Source of the DNA: a virus
Lineage: Duplodnaviria; Caudoviricetes
IMG/VR virus record: IMGVR_UViG_3300042860_004240
Span: 1-64,000 of that record
Strand: one strand, 5' to 3'
Length of the DNA stretch: 64,000 bases
Each line of letters begins with the position of its first letter. The stretch's first letter is position 1. The translations under genes and the position numbers were made by a program. The notes beneath the pieces are model-generated. The model made no database searches. It saw only the letters and a list, made by a program, of their open reading frames with translations, and had not been told where the DNA came from. Shown here piece by piece: positions 45,618 to 55,614 of this stretch.

Positions 45618-46388
45618 GTGATAGTTTTAATTGTAGGATTGCCGGGCGCAGGTAAAACATCACTAGCACAAGAGCTAGTTAGTCGCACTGGAGCTATTCA
45701 TTTAAACGCAGATGCTGTACGCGCAGATCTTAACAGTGATCTTGGATTCACAACTACAGACCGTTTGGAGCAAGCCCGCAGAATGGGTTCAATGGCTAGA
45801 CTTTTATCTGCTCAAGGTTTTTTAGTTATAGTTGATTTTGTTTGTCCGACAAAAGAAACTCGTAAAATGTTTGGTAAAGCTGACTTTACTTTTTGGGTGA
45901 GTAGGATTGAAGAAGGTCGTTACGAAAATACAAATCGTATGTGGGAAGATCTTTCTGAAGATGAATACGATTTAAAGATTAATAAAGGTCTTACTGTCAA
46001 GCAAGAGGGCGATGCCTGCTTTGGCAAGATGAAAATACCTTGTTGGAAGACACCAACAACGCTCATGCTTGGCCGTTATCAACCATGGCATTCTGGCCAC
46101 AAAGCTTTATACGAAGAAGCAAAAAAGCGTGGCAATCCTGTTGTTATTGGAGTACGAGATACTGGCGGGATGTCTAATAAAGATCCATTTGAGTACGCTA
46201 CAGTAAAAGAACTAATATTAAAAGATGTGCCAGATGCTTTTGTCACAATGATGCCAAACATAACCAAGATTATTTACGGAAGAGATGTTGGATATAGTAT
46301 CGAAGAAATTGATTTACCTGACCACATAAAAGCTATATCTGCAACCCAGAAACGAAAAGAGCTAGAAGATGAACAACGTAATGCCTGA
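45618..46388 (+). CDS. APS-kinase-like P-loop kinase fused to HxGH nucleotidyltransferase
   Basis: GLPGAGKTSLA, LNADAVR..LGF..DR; MLGRYQPWHSGH; YGRDVGY; ISAT. Confidence 0.85.
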   Translation: MIVLIVGLPGAGKTSLAQELVSRTGAIHLNADAVRADLNSDLGFTTTDRLEQARRMGSMARLLSAQGFLVIVDFVCPTKETRKMFGKADFTFWVSRIEEGRYENTNRMWEDLSEDEYDLKINKGLTVKQEGDACFGKMKIPCWKTPTTLMLGRYQPWHSGHKALYEEAKKRGNPVVIGVRDTGGMSNKDPFEYATVKELILKDVPDAFVTMMPNITKIIYGRDVGYSIEEIDLPDHIKAISATQKRKELEDEQRNA

Positions 46389-46755
46389 TTGGGGCCAAGA
46401 TGATTTATTGCCATCTGATAAAAAAGAAGCTACTAAAGAAAACACTGAAAAAATATTTCCAATAACATTTTCTGATTCTACTTCTTTTATTGATTTTAAA
46501 CAAAACATGGAAAATTTAATTTCCTTTTTTACTAAACATAGCCCACCAAAACTAGGTGGTTTTGATTTAGATGATGCTTATTCTCAAAAAGGCGAGATCC
46601 CATTTCCTAAACAAAAAGACCTTCCTTACGATGAAGTTGTTGGCTTGTGCGGTGAATACGGTATAAACCCTCTTAACGTTACTTCTATCAAAGTTGCTGA
46701 CCATGACACTGACAAATGTTTAAAAGTTATAACAATTGAGAAACTTGTTTTTTAA
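46369..46755 (+). CDS. Hypothetical protein
   Basis: ORF in run; start may be 46381. Confidence 0.6.
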   Translation: MNNVMPDWGQDDLLPSDKKEATKENTEKIFPITFSDSTSFIDFKQNMENLISFFTKHSPPKLGGFDLDDAYSQKGEIPFPKQKDLPYDEVVGLCGEYGINPLNVTSIKVADHDTDKCLKVITIEKLVF

Positions 46756-46757
46756 TT

Positions 46758-46952
46758 ATGTTTACAAAAAAAGTAAAGATAAAATTTGTTTCTTCTAAAA
46801 ACAAAAAAATATGTACTATTAAAATAACAAAAAAAGAATTTGACAACTACGAAAAAATAGCTTATTATTCAGGTCAAACTTTAGAGCAATTTGTTAATAA
46901 AGCTATTATTGATTATTTAAACAAACTAAAAAAGGAAGTTAAAAATGGATAA
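46758..46952 (+). CDS. Small RHH-like protein
   Basis: IKIT..EF....A...[10 protein letters not shown]. Confidence 0.5.
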   Translation: MFTKKVKIKFVSSKNKKICTIKITKKEFDNYEKIAYYSGQTLEQFVNKAIIDYLNKLKKEVKNG

Positions 46953-47187
46953 CGAAGAAGTTTTTGCAAAATTTAAGACAAGCTTAGCTAAGATTGAACC
47001 TAAGTTTGATGTTGAAACAATTACTTTAAGCTCATCTCTTAAAGATGATTTAGGTCTTGATTCTTTAGACGTTATAGAATTGCTTATGATTCTTGAAGAA
47101 GACTTTCAGTTAGAAATTAATATAGAAGATATAATTGATATTGAAACCGTTAAAGACGCTTGCAATATCCTACAAGATTTGTCGTAG
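46945..47187 (+). CDS. acpP: Acyl carrier protein
   Basis: [21 protein letters not shown]...TV.D; acidic 80 aa. Confidence 0.92.
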   Translation: MDNEEVFAKFKTSLAKIEPKFDVETITLSSSLKDDLGLDSLDVIELLMILEEDFQLEINIEDIIDIETVKDACNILQDLS

Positions 47188-47195
47188 TACTTGAT

Positions 47196-47396
47196 ATGGC
47201 TAAAAAATGTTCTCTTGTTGGTTCTAAAGTACAGCTAATAAGTACAGATGATCCTTATACTAAACTAAAGTCTGGCGATATCGGCGTCATAACTCATATT
47301 GATGACAATGGTACTGTTTTTGCAGATTGGGAAAACGGTTCTTCTTTAGGCCTTATTCCTAACATTGATAATTTTAAAATACTATCAGGGATGTGA
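47196..47396 (+). CDS. DUF4314-like protein
   Basis: G.KV.L....DPY..L..G..G.I..IDD.G.V...W.NGSSL.LIP..D. Confidence 0.75.
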   Translation: MAKKCSLVGSKVQLISTDDPYTKLKSGDIGVITHIDDNGTVFADWENGSSLGLIPNIDNFKILSGM

Positions 47397-47397
47397 T

Positions 47398-47679
47398 ATG
47401 GGTGATAACCACGAAACTCGCAAAGCAATACTAGCTTCTTTATTTAATAAGATTACTTTTGATGAATGGCTAGAAATAGGTATGAATCAGAACTGGTGCG
47501 GTCCAGCAGTATGCTACACCCATGATAGTTTTCCTATGAACGAAGAAGAAGATAATGAATTTGCTGATGGCAGCGATCCATGCATGCATATGATAAGATT
47601 GTACGAAGATAACGAGCACAAAGAATTAATAGAAGAAGCTCATTCTCCTTCTCAATGGAGAAAGCCATACAAGCAATAG
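47398..47679 (+). CDS. Hypothetical protein
   Basis: FDEWL.IG...WCGP.VC.THD..P..DPC. Confidence 0.7.
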   Translation: MGDNHETRKAILASLFNKITFDEWLEIGMNQNWCGPAVCYTHDSFPMNEEEDNEFADGSDPCMHMIRLYEDNEHKELIEEAHSPSQWRKPYKQ

Positions 47680-47691
47680 TTAGGAAAAACA

Positions 47692-47940
47692 ATGCCCTAT
47701 ATACACAAGTTAGACAGAGAACAAATAGTTAACGGAAGAGACATTGAAACTGCTGGTGAGTTAAACTTTGTTATCTCTACCCTTATCAACCAGTACCTTG
47801 TCAATAAAGGTAAAAACTATAGCAATATCAATGAAGCCATTGGTGTTCTTGAATGCGCTAAACTCGAGCTCTATCGTAGGGTAGCCTTACCATACGAAGA
47901 TATTAAAATTGAAGCTAATGGTGATGTCTACACTATATAA
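47692..47940 (+). CDS. Conserved phage hypothetical protein
   Basis: MPYI..GELNF..NE.IGVLECAKLELYRR..PYE..K...NGDVY. Confidence 0.8.
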   Translation: MPYIHKLDREQIVNGRDIETAGELNFVISTLINQYLVNKGKNYSNINEAIGVLECAKLELYRRVALPYEDIKIEANGDVYTI

Positions 47941-48112
47941 TACTCCTCAAGCACTTACTTGCGTGGATTGCAAGACTAAATCTGTACAAGTATCTAAAAA
48001 CAAGAAGTTTAAAGTAAATCTTTGCGTCCCTTGTTTTATAGATAGAATGCTTCAAGAAAGTACTTCATAATTTTTTTTTTAAACATACGATATTAGATTA
48101 CCGTTTTTTAGC

Positions 48113-48142
48113 TTGCAGTGCTGATTATTTGCATGGTATGAT
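48113..48142 (+). promoter_or_regulatory. Sigma70-type promoter of oxygenase cluster
   Basis: TTGCAG-N18-TATGAT with TG extension. Confidence 0.5.
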
Positions 48143-48172
48143 ATAGGGTGACGCTATAGAGAGGGCACCGCC

Positions 48173-49114
48173 GTGATTACTTTTAATGACCTTGAATTGA
48201 TCCATGAGGAAATATACCCACATATTGTTGTGTATAAAAACTTAATAAGAGATGTTGGTGCAATCAGCGATAGCCTAAAATTTTCTTCTCTTGTTACAGG
48301 GGAAGAAAAGCCTGGCATTTTGCCAATTTGGGGTAGATGGTTTGGTTTTGGAACATATGTTTCGGTGAGCGGCGATGCTTTGTCTCAAGATAGGCAAGCA
48401 GCAGATTTAGACGATGGTAATAGCTTGTATGAAAGAGAAAGAAGAGCTATTCATGCAGCCTACAACGCTAGACTAGCTGCCATTTGCCATTATATGGGCA
48501 AGTACAATATGGGTGGCGGAAAATATCCAGAAGATGTTAAGACTTATATTCAGCCTTCTATTAACTTTGCTAAATACGATCCAGATATTAAAGGTCTTGG
48601 AGCTATGGGCGAAGAAGAGCCGGAACTGACCATGCAATACCACACTGATTTTCATTTAGATAAAATACTTAGACCATGTGAGAACTTTATGCTTACTTGT
48701 AATATCTATTGGAATGACGACTATGACGGTGGAGAAGTAACATTTTTGGTTCATGGTAAAGTTGTTGACTATAAACCTGTTGCAGGGGATGTGGTAGTTT
48801 TCCCTTCCGGTTCGTATCTTTTTCCTGGCGATGAGCCATACTTCCATGGTGTTCGTACTGTAAAGAACGGTAATAAATTTATTTCTAGAAACTATTTAAT
48901 GTATTCTCAGCCAGCTAGCCAAAATTGGATTGACGGAGTAGCAAAATATGGAGAAGAAGAATGGTTGAAAATGGAGAAAGAACGTCAAGCAAAAGATAAG
49001 ATTGCTCCTAACGTTGTTGTGTTAGACTACCATAACCCACCGCCAGGTAAGGATTTCGATTTATTATATAACCCTGTAGTAAAAGAATACTATTGGAAAA
49101 AGGACAAAAAATAA
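48173..49114 (+). CDS. 2OG-Fe(II) oxygenase (P4H-like)
   Basis: HTD, YWNDDYDGGE, YKP.AG.VV.FPS, HGV, K. Confidence 0.9.
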   Translation: MITFNDLELIHEEIYPHIVVYKNLIRDVGAISDSLKFSSLVTGEEKPGILPIWGRWFGFGTYVSVSGDALSQDRQAADLDDGNSLYERERRAIHAAYNARLAAICHYMGKYNMGGGKYPEDVKTYIQPSINFAKYDPDIKGLGAMGEEEPELTMQYHTDFHLDKILRPCENFMLTCNIYWNDDYDGGEVTFLVHGKVVDYKPVAGDVVVFPSGSYLFPGDEPYFHGVRTVKNGNKFISRNYLMYSQPASQNWIDGVAKYGEEEWLKMEKERQAKDKIAPNVVVLDYHNPPPGKDFDLLYNPVVKEYYWKKDKK

Positions 49115-49115
49115 T

Positions 49116-49700
49116 ATGTACAAAGGAAATAGCCAACAAGAGAAGTTTGTAGTAGACCTCCTAAAAGGAAAAAGAAATGGGTACTACGTAGAGTTAGGTG
49201 GCTTTAATTCTACTATGGGGAGCAACACGTATCATCTTGAAAATGACTATGATTGGAACGGTGTTTCTTTTGAAATAGTAGATGAACGTAGAGAAGAGTT
49301 TCTTTCTAACAGAAAAAATCCCTGTTTTGGAGATGCGCTAAAGTTTGATTATATCTCATATTTTGAAGCCAACCATTTCCCAAAACAAATAGATTATTTA
49401 CAGGTTGATATAGACGCAGGCTATGACCTATCTTTGAGACCCCTAGGCAATGCCTATACAACCCTACATGGCCTGATAACCGTGCCACTGACCCAGTACA
49501 GATTTTCTGTTATAACTTTTGAGCATGACGCTAATATGTACTTTAGGAATCGTGGTATGCGTGAAGCCCAAAGAGAGATTCTTGATTCATTAGGTTATAC
49601 TTTAGTTGTGAGAGATATCCACGAAGATTGGTGGGTCGATCCTCTAGAAGTTAGCCCTGAAGAATATAGGAAATATTTAAGATGGCAAACCCTAACTTAG
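49116..49700 (+). CDS. FkbM-like methyltransferase
   Basis: SQQE.FV..GYYVELG..SNTY.LE..W.G; IDYLQVDID; VITFEH. Confidence 0.8.
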   Translation: MYKGNSQQEKFVVDLLKGKRNGYYVELGGFNSTMGSNTYHLENDYDWNGVSFEIVDERREEFLSNRKNPCFGDALKFDYISYFEANHFPKQIDYLQVDIDAGYDLSLRPLGNAYTTLHGLITVPLTQYRFSVITFEHDANMYFRNRGMREAQREILDSLGYTLVVRDIHEDWWVDPLEVSPEEYRKYLRWQTLT

Positions 49701-49710
49701 GATTTTATTT

Positions 49711-50319
49711 ATGAGCGCATTGTACCCAACTATAATAGTAGAAAAGTTTTTTTCTGATGAAGAATGCAATCTTTTGTTAGACAATATAAAAAATTCAGGT
49801 AAAGAATTTGACGTTATAGACTACGGTGGTGGAGACAAAGGCAAAAGTTACTTTAATGTTTCAGATCTTCCTATGAAAAGTTATTACGACGCTTTAAACA
49901 AGTTCATAGAAAAAAATTACAATTGCTCTATCGTTTCATCACGCGGGAAAAGCGTTGCAAGATACACTAAAGATCAAAACATTAATTTGCATCAGGATTG
50001 GGATCCTAAGTCCCCGGATGTAGTTGAGCACAGCAAGCCCCAGGTGCATATATCTAGTATTACCTATCTTAACGAAGATTTTATTGGTGGAGAAATTGTA
50101 ATTGCAGAAACTAGTAAAAATATAGATAAGTCGAGTGATGAACAAAGACAATTGGTGTTGGAGCAGATTGCAAATAACTCTACCCTAATGACTGTTACGC
50201 CAAAAACTGGTTTAACTATTTTTTTTGATGCGCTGTGCTGGCATATAACTAATCCGATAAGTTCAGGCATAAAATACTGCTATACTGATTTTTACTCAAT
50301 AGAGAAAGTAGAAAGCTAA
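49711..50319 (+). CDS. 2OG-Fe(II) oxygenase
   Basis: HQD, YLNEDF.GGE, H..NPI.SG.KY. Confidence 0.88.
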   Translation: MSALYPTIIVEKFFSDEECNLLLDNIKNSGKEFDVIDYGGGDKGKSYFNVSDLPMKSYYDALNKFIEKNYNCSIVSSRGKSVARYTKDQNINLHQDWDPKSPDVVEHSKPQVHISSITYLNEDFIGGEIVIAETSKNIDKSSDEQRQLVLEQIANNSTLMTVTPKTGLTIFFDALCWHITNPISSGIKYCYTDFYSIEKVES

Positions 50320-51107
50320 TGATAGTTAAGCACTTGGGTGGGGGCATTGTCCTCATAGAAGATCTTCTAAGTAAAGAAGAGCTAGATTCCATTAATCTTG
50401 ATTTAGTTGTAGAGAAGTGCCCAGTCCAAGGATTCAAGGCTGTTGGGGAAAAACTATTCCTAGAAGGGGGTTACGAAATAAAAGACCAACAAGAAGATAT
50501 ACCCAGCTTTGCTAGTAGGTATTCGGAAAATATTGAATCACTTCCCTTTTACCCAACTGTAGATGAAGCTATGTATCGTGGGGTTGTTGAGTATTGTAAA
50601 ATTTTTCCTGTCGCTGTTGAATCTATAACTAATTGCGTTGGTCGTCATTTTATCAAATATGTTTCTGGTAACTTTATGGGCCCACATTCTGATTCCTCAT
50701 TGTCTTACAAGCAAGGGACCGTTGAACCAACCTCCGCTATTGCTCTAGGTAACACTATCACTGTATCAATTATATTAAACGACCAGTTTGAAGGTGGTTC
50801 TATATTATTTAATACATGGGGACTCAAAGTAGAGCCAAAACCTGGTTCAGCCTTATACTATCCCTCTAATTATATTGGGTCTCATGAGGTCAAAGAAGTT
50901 ACCTCTGGAGTTCGTTGGGCTTATCTTGCTTTTTATGCCCACGGTGATAGAACTTTTACTTCTAACGCATCTTTAGAAAAATACCCAGAAAGATACCAAT
51001 GGACAATGAAGTTGAGAGAAGACATAAAAAAAGCCTGCGAAGAAGACGGCTTAATTGGCGAAGATGTTGATATACTTAACTTAAATCGTCTTCAAAGAAA
51101 AGTATAA
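50319..51107 (+). CDS. 2OG-Fe(II) oxygenase
   Basis: HSD, LNDQFEGG, PSNYIGSHEV..VTSG.R. Confidence 0.9.
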   Translation: MIVKHLGGGIVLIEDLLSKEELDSINLDLVVEKCPVQGFKAVGEKLFLEGGYEIKDQQEDIPSFASRYSENIESLPFYPTVDEAMYRGVVEYCKIFPVAVESITNCVGRHFIKYVSGNFMGPHSDSSLSYKQGTVEPTSAIALGNTITVSIILNDQFEGGSILFNTWGLKVEPKPGSALYYPSNYIGSHEVKEVTSGVRWAYLAFYAHGDRTFTSNASLEKYPERYQWTMKLREDIKKACEEDGLIGEDVDILNLNRLQRKV

Positions 51108-51108
51108 A

Positions 51109-52362
51109 ATGATTGACAATGGACCAAAAAAAGTTACGGATTGGGCAACTGATTTTGATCATGGCTCCCAAGAATGGGCAGATGACCCATATGCTATTAT
51201 AAACGAATTAAAAAACGCTGGTTGCCCAATAGCACACACAGAGCGTTACGGGGGGATGTGGGTTCCTACAACTTATGACATGATTAAGCAAATATTCCTT
51301 GATACAAAGAATTTTAGTAGCGAGGGCACTATTATCCGAGAAGAAAGGCCGTACCAGCAGGCTATTTTTTTAAAAGAAACTGCATCTCCTATAGGCATTA
51401 TGCCTCCAATAACTTCTGACCCGCCATTCCATAAAATAGCTAGGAATTTGTTATCTCCTATTTTTTCTCCAGATGTAATTGCATTGTGGCATGATGAAAT
51501 AGGGACGACGTGTAATAGGCTTATAAGATCAATGGAAAATCAAAAAAGCTCTGAGCTTATGCACTCTTACTGTAATAGAATCCCATCTATAATAATAGCA
51601 AAAATGCTAGGTGTCCCAGAACAGGATATTGATAAATTTGATGATTGGGTAACTTTTTTTATGCACGATATAAATGAGCCACCAAGTAGAGATCGTTTTA
51701 TAAAATACTTAAAATATAAAAAATACATGGAGAATCATGTTGATGATCACATAAAAAATCCAAAAAAAGATATTATTAGTTATTTATTGAGCTGCAATAT
51801 TGAAGATAAAACATTATCAATACCTTACTTAATTGGGATAATTACTTTAATACTAGTGGCAGGGGTGCATACCGTGTCTAGCGTTATGGGTTCATCATTA
51901 TGGCACCTTGCAACCAACCCAGTAGACCGTCGTCGTTTGGTAGAAAACCCAGACATGATTCCTACAGCTGTTGAAGAGTTCCTTCGTGCATATGCGCCTG
52001 TGACTATAGCCCGCCTTTTGAAAGAAGACATAGAATTCCATGGCGTACAGATGAAGAAAGAAGATTGGGTACTTCTCTCTCTTCCCGCAGCTAACCGTGA
52101 CGAAAAGCAATTTGCAAACGCGCATGAGGTTATAATTGACCGTGAAGACAATCGCCATGCTGCCTTTGGCCTTGGGGTCCACAGCTGCCTTGGATCAAGT
52201 CTTGCTCGTCTAGAGCTTAAGGTTGCAATATCAACTTTTCTTGAAAATTTTCCAAATTTTTGGGTTGATCCGCATACTGAAGTTAAGTGGAGTACAGGGC
52301 AAGTTAGGGGTCCGTTAAATTTATCACTTATATTTGGAGACGATAAAAAGCCCGGTAATTAG
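51109..52362 (+). CDS. Cytochrome P450
   Basis: DPP.H, I-helix AGVHTV, EEFLR, ANRD, heme motif FGLGVHSCLG. Confidence 0.95.
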   Translation: MIDNGPKKVTDWATDFDHGSQEWADDPYAIINELKNAGCPIAHTERYGGMWVPTTYDMIKQIFLDTKNFSSEGTIIREERPYQQAIFLKETASPIGIMPPITSDPPFHKIARNLLSPIFSPDVIALWHDEIGTTCNRLIRSMENQKSSELMHSYCNRIPSIIIAKMLGVPEQDIDKFDDWVTFFMHDINEPPSRDRFIKYLKYKKYMENHVDDHIKNPKKDIISYLLSCNIEDKTLSIPYLIGIITLILVAGVHTVSSVMGSSLWHLATNPVDRRRLVENPDMIPTAVEEFLRAYAPVTIARLLKEDIEFHGVQMKKEDWVLLSLPAANRDEKQFANAHEVIIDREDNRHAAFGLGVHSCLGSSLARLELKVAISTFLENFPNFWVDPHTEVKWSTGQVRGPLNLSLIFGDDKKPGN

Positions 52363-52418
52363 AGGTTGCTAAATAATTCTTTATATGGTAATCTTAACAA
52401 AAGAATGTGAGGATATAA

Positions 52419-52982
52419 ATGAATTTTCCTACCTTAATAGCAGACAAATTAATCTCCAACGAAGACTGCAACTTTTTATTAGATGGGATTTCTGAATGTA
52501 AGTTTCAGCAGTACAACAACGCTGAGTCCTATAGGCCAGAAGATGATGACGATATGTTTAATGGTAATGTATCTAAATACAATAAATTTAAAGATATTAT
52601 TTTAGGACTATCATCTTTTGTTGAAAAACATTACGCCGTGCGCGTTCTTAATATTTATGGTAATGTTTTTATGAAATATGAAAATACCCAAAACATAAGA
52701 TTACATAAAGATTATGATATGGACGATCCGTATCAAGCTGCTAAAGAACCATTTAATATTAGCAGTGTTTTTTATCTTAACGATGATTACCAAGGTGGAA
52801 AACTTATCTTTCCAAATGAATCTGACAAACCTATTACCGAAAGAGAAAATAGACTTGAGTTTATCCCAAAACAAGGTTCTGTAATATTTTTTGACTCAAT
52901 CTCGATACATTATACTGACCTGGTAACTTACGGTACTAAGTATGTTCTCACTAACTTTTATGACGTGTTAGAAAATAACTAG
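52419..52982 (+). CDS. 2OG-Fe(II) oxygenase
   Basis: HKD, YLNDDYQGG, H...V..G.KY; own promoter TTGCTA-N17-TAATCT. Confidence 0.88.
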   Translation: MNFPTLIADKLISNEDCNFLLDGISECKFQQYNNAESYRPEDDDDMFNGNVSKYNKFKDIILGLSSFVEKHYAVRVLNIYGNVFMKYENTQNIRLHKDYDMDDPYQAAKEPFNISSVFYLNDDYQGGKLIFPNESDKPITERENRLEFIPKQGSVIFFDSISIHYTDLVTYGTKYVLTNFYDVLENN

Positions 52983-52996
52983 AAAGAAGTCAACAA

Positions 52997-53713
52997 ATGA
53001 AAAATTTTTGGAATGAAGAAGTAATGGATATTCCAATATGTCAAGATTTATGCGAAAACTGGGAAGAGATCAGGGATGAAGCCTTACTTTACTTAGGAAA
53101 GCCGCATCCTTATTCTAGAGATAAATCACCAATACTTAAATACCCGACCTATACCAAACCAAGTATTGATAACCCAGAGGTCAAACAGAGAATATATGAT
53201 GGGGACTGGGGAATAGCACCTTTGGGTATAAAAACCCCAAAAGAAGATAAGAACGACAAAAATTTTGGACATAACCGTTTATTCGGTACGAGCGAAAAAT
53301 TCTTAGAAAAATACACTAAATGGAACACAGGAAAGACCGTTGATGAAAACTTAGAATTTCAATCAACTCAATTTCCCTTTTTCCATAACATATTACAAAA
53401 ACATGACGCAGGGTGTTTAATGAGCGCTGCTCTCAGTTTACTTACCCCAGGTTCGGTAATCAACCCACATACTGGAGGAGAAGGTTTTATCAGATGCCAT
53501 TTATGCTTAGTTAACGATCAAGGTTGTTCAATGACAGTTAACGGCGAAACACAAAAATGGGAAAATGGTAAAATAACAGCTTTTGAAGACAGATTAACGC
53601 ATTCTGTAATTCACGCAGGAACTCAAAATAGATTAGTTTTATTATTTGATATTAGCCTTGAGTATGCAAAAAGATATATTAAAGATGAAGATTTTCAAGG
53701 GCTAGGTAATTAA
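52997..53713 (+). CDS. Aspartyl/asparaginyl beta-hydroxylase family protein
   Basis: S.L.PG..I.PH.G....RCHL.L, W..GK..AF.D...HSV...G..R.VL.FD. Confidence 0.88.
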   Translation: MKNFWNEEVMDIPICQDLCENWEEIRDEALLYLGKPHPYSRDKSPILKYPTYTKPSIDNPEVKQRIYDGDWGIAPLGIKTPKEDKNDKNFGHNRLFGTSEKFLEKYTKWNTGKTVDENLEFQSTQFPFFHNILQKHDAGCLMSAALSLLTPGSVINPHTGGEGFIRCHLCLVNDQGCSMTVNGETQKWENGKITAFEDRLTHSVIHAGTQNRLVLLFDISLEYAKRYIKDEDFQGLGN

Positions 53714-53714
53714 T

Positions 53715-54419
53715 ATGGAACAAGCTTTTTGGGATGAAGAAGTAATGGCGATACCAGTTTGTCAAGAAATAGTTAAAAACTGGGAAAAAATTAAAGAAGA
53801 AGCTTTATCTTTTATTAACACAAAAAATCCAAATACAAAAAATAAAAAATCCACAACTTTGCTTACTTCAAAATTTATGAAAATACCTAAAATAAAAAAC
53901 GATAAAATAACAGAAGAATTCGTAACGGTTTCTGACAAAGGTTCTTGGGAAGTAGTATATGTTGGAAAAAATAAAATTAGATCAAACTCAGGTGAATTTA
54001 GTAAATTAAATGATTTTTATCAAAGAATTACATTAAAAAATACTGGAAAAACTATAGAAGAGAATGCAGAATACGCAATCAAGTTTTTTAAGACTTATAA
54101 TGAAATAGTTGAATTTTTTGCTCCAGGCGAATGCTCGGCATCTACCTTAAGTATAGTCTCCCCTGGCACTTCTATATCCCCTCATTTTGGGGCACCGGGG
54201 TTTCTTAGGTGCCACCTATGCCTTGTGAATGATAGTGGTTGCACTATAACAATTGGCGAAGAACAAAGACAATGGCACGAGGGTAAATTGCTAGCTTTTA
54301 AAGATGGTGGCCCATACGCTCACTCAGTAAATCACACTGGCACCAGAGATAGAATTGTGTTAATATTTGATATTAGCCTTGATTACGCAAGAAAATATAT
54401 TAAAAACACGGATTTCTAA
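53715..54419 (+). CDS. Aspartyl/asparaginyl beta-hydroxylase family protein, paralogue
   Basis: Same motifs; tandem duplicate (FW.EEVM.IP.CQ). Confidence 0.88.
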   Translation: MEQAFWDEEVMAIPVCQEIVKNWEKIKEEALSFINTKNPNTKNKKSTTLLTSKFMKIPKIKNDKITEEFVTVSDKGSWEVVYVGKNKIRSNSGEFSKLNDFYQRITLKNTGKTIEENAEYAIKFFKTYNEIVEFFAPGECSASTLSIVSPGTSISPHFGAPGFLRCHLCLVNDSGCTITIGEEQRQWHEGKLLAFKDGGPYAHSVNHTGTRDRIVLIFDISLDYARKYIKNTDF

Positions 54420-54432
54420 AGATTGGAAAAAA

Positions 54433-55614
54433 ATGCAGCCTGTACATGTAGTAGGTTATGGGATAATTGATGGGTTGGGCAATAACCCTAGTGATTGTTT
54501 TTTAAATTCCCTAAATGATAAAGATTTTACTGTTGATCTTGATTTTATGATTCAACAAAAGCTTCAAATCACCAGAGGAATACGTGTCGATGATTCTGGT
54601 ATATCGCTTCCTAAATCATTAGATGAAAAATCATTAAGACACATGACAAGAACACAGAAAATTGCCATACATGCGGTTGAACAAGCAATGAATATGTCCG
54701 GGTTGCCTATGTCCTCTAACGTTGCCGTTATTTATTCTAGCGTGTCTAACGACAGCGAATCTATAGAATATATGTCTGACAAATTCCTAAATAACAAAAG
54801 AGCACATCCGCTCATTGTTCTTAATAGAATACCAGACATAATAGCTTCTCACATATGTGGCCATTACGGATTTATGGGCACTTCTTTTGCCCTCATGGCA
54901 TCGTGCGCAACTGGTTTGCTTTCGATAGACTATGCAATGAGATTATGTGACGAATATGATTATGTTATAGTTGGTGGCAGCGACGCCCCTGTGCATGGCA
55001 TGGCGATGAAGTACTTCAGTGCCCTCGGTGCCTTAGGTAACCGCAATGCTCCATTCGACGATAGTAGAGAAGGGTTTATTATGGCCGATGGTGCTGGAGT
55101 ATTGATACTGCAAAGCTCAGAAAAAGTTAAAGAATTTGGTTCAAGAGATTACGCAAAATTATACCCAGTAGGGTCAGCTTCTGATGCCCTTAGCTTAACA
55201 TCGCCTGCCGAAGATGGCAGAGGGTCAAAAATTGCCATGAAAAAAGCACTGCGATACGTAGAAAATATAGATGTCATTTCTGCTCATGCAACCTCTACAG
55301 TAGTAGGCGATCCTATAGAATATTCAGTAGTTTCAGAAATGCTACCAAACACACCGATATATGCTCCAAAAAGTAAAACTGGTCATACTCTAGCTGCTTC
55401 CGGTATTATAGAAACTATTTACGCAATAGAATCTTCAAAAAACGGAATAATACCGCACTGCCAAAATCTTAAAAATTGTTCATTTGATACTAACAAGACC
55501 CTAACAAGAGAGCCTATTACTATTAATAAAGAAGTAATAAGAACTTTAAACAATTCTTTTGGATTCGGCGGGAAGTCAGCCAGCCAAGTGATAGAGGTAA
55601 CAAAAAATGATTGA
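54433..55614 (+). CDS. fabF: Beta-ketoacyl-ACP synthase II-like
   Basis: ASCATG, PFD.SREGF..ADGAG, AHATST, KSKTGHTL.ASG, NSFGFGG; start at ATG 54433. Confidence 0.92.
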   Translation: MQPVHVVGYGIIDGLGNNPSDCFLNSLNDKDFTVDLDFMIQQKLQITRGIRVDDSGISLPKSLDEKSLRHMTRTQKIAIHAVEQAMNMSGLPMSSNVAVIYSSVSNDSESIEYMSDKFLNNKRAHPLIVLNRIPDIIASHICGHYGFMGTSFALMASCATGLLSIDYAMRLCDEYDYVIVGGSDAPVHGMAMKYFSALGALGNRNAPFDDSREGFIMADGAGVLILQSSEKVKEFGSRDYAKLYPVGSASDALSLTSPAEDGRGSKIAMKKALRYVENIDVISAHATSTVVGDPIEYSVVSEMLPNTPIYAPKSKTGHTLAASGIIETIYAIESSKNGIIPHCQNLKNCSFDTNKTLTREPITINKEVIRTLNNSFGFGGKSASQVIEVTKND

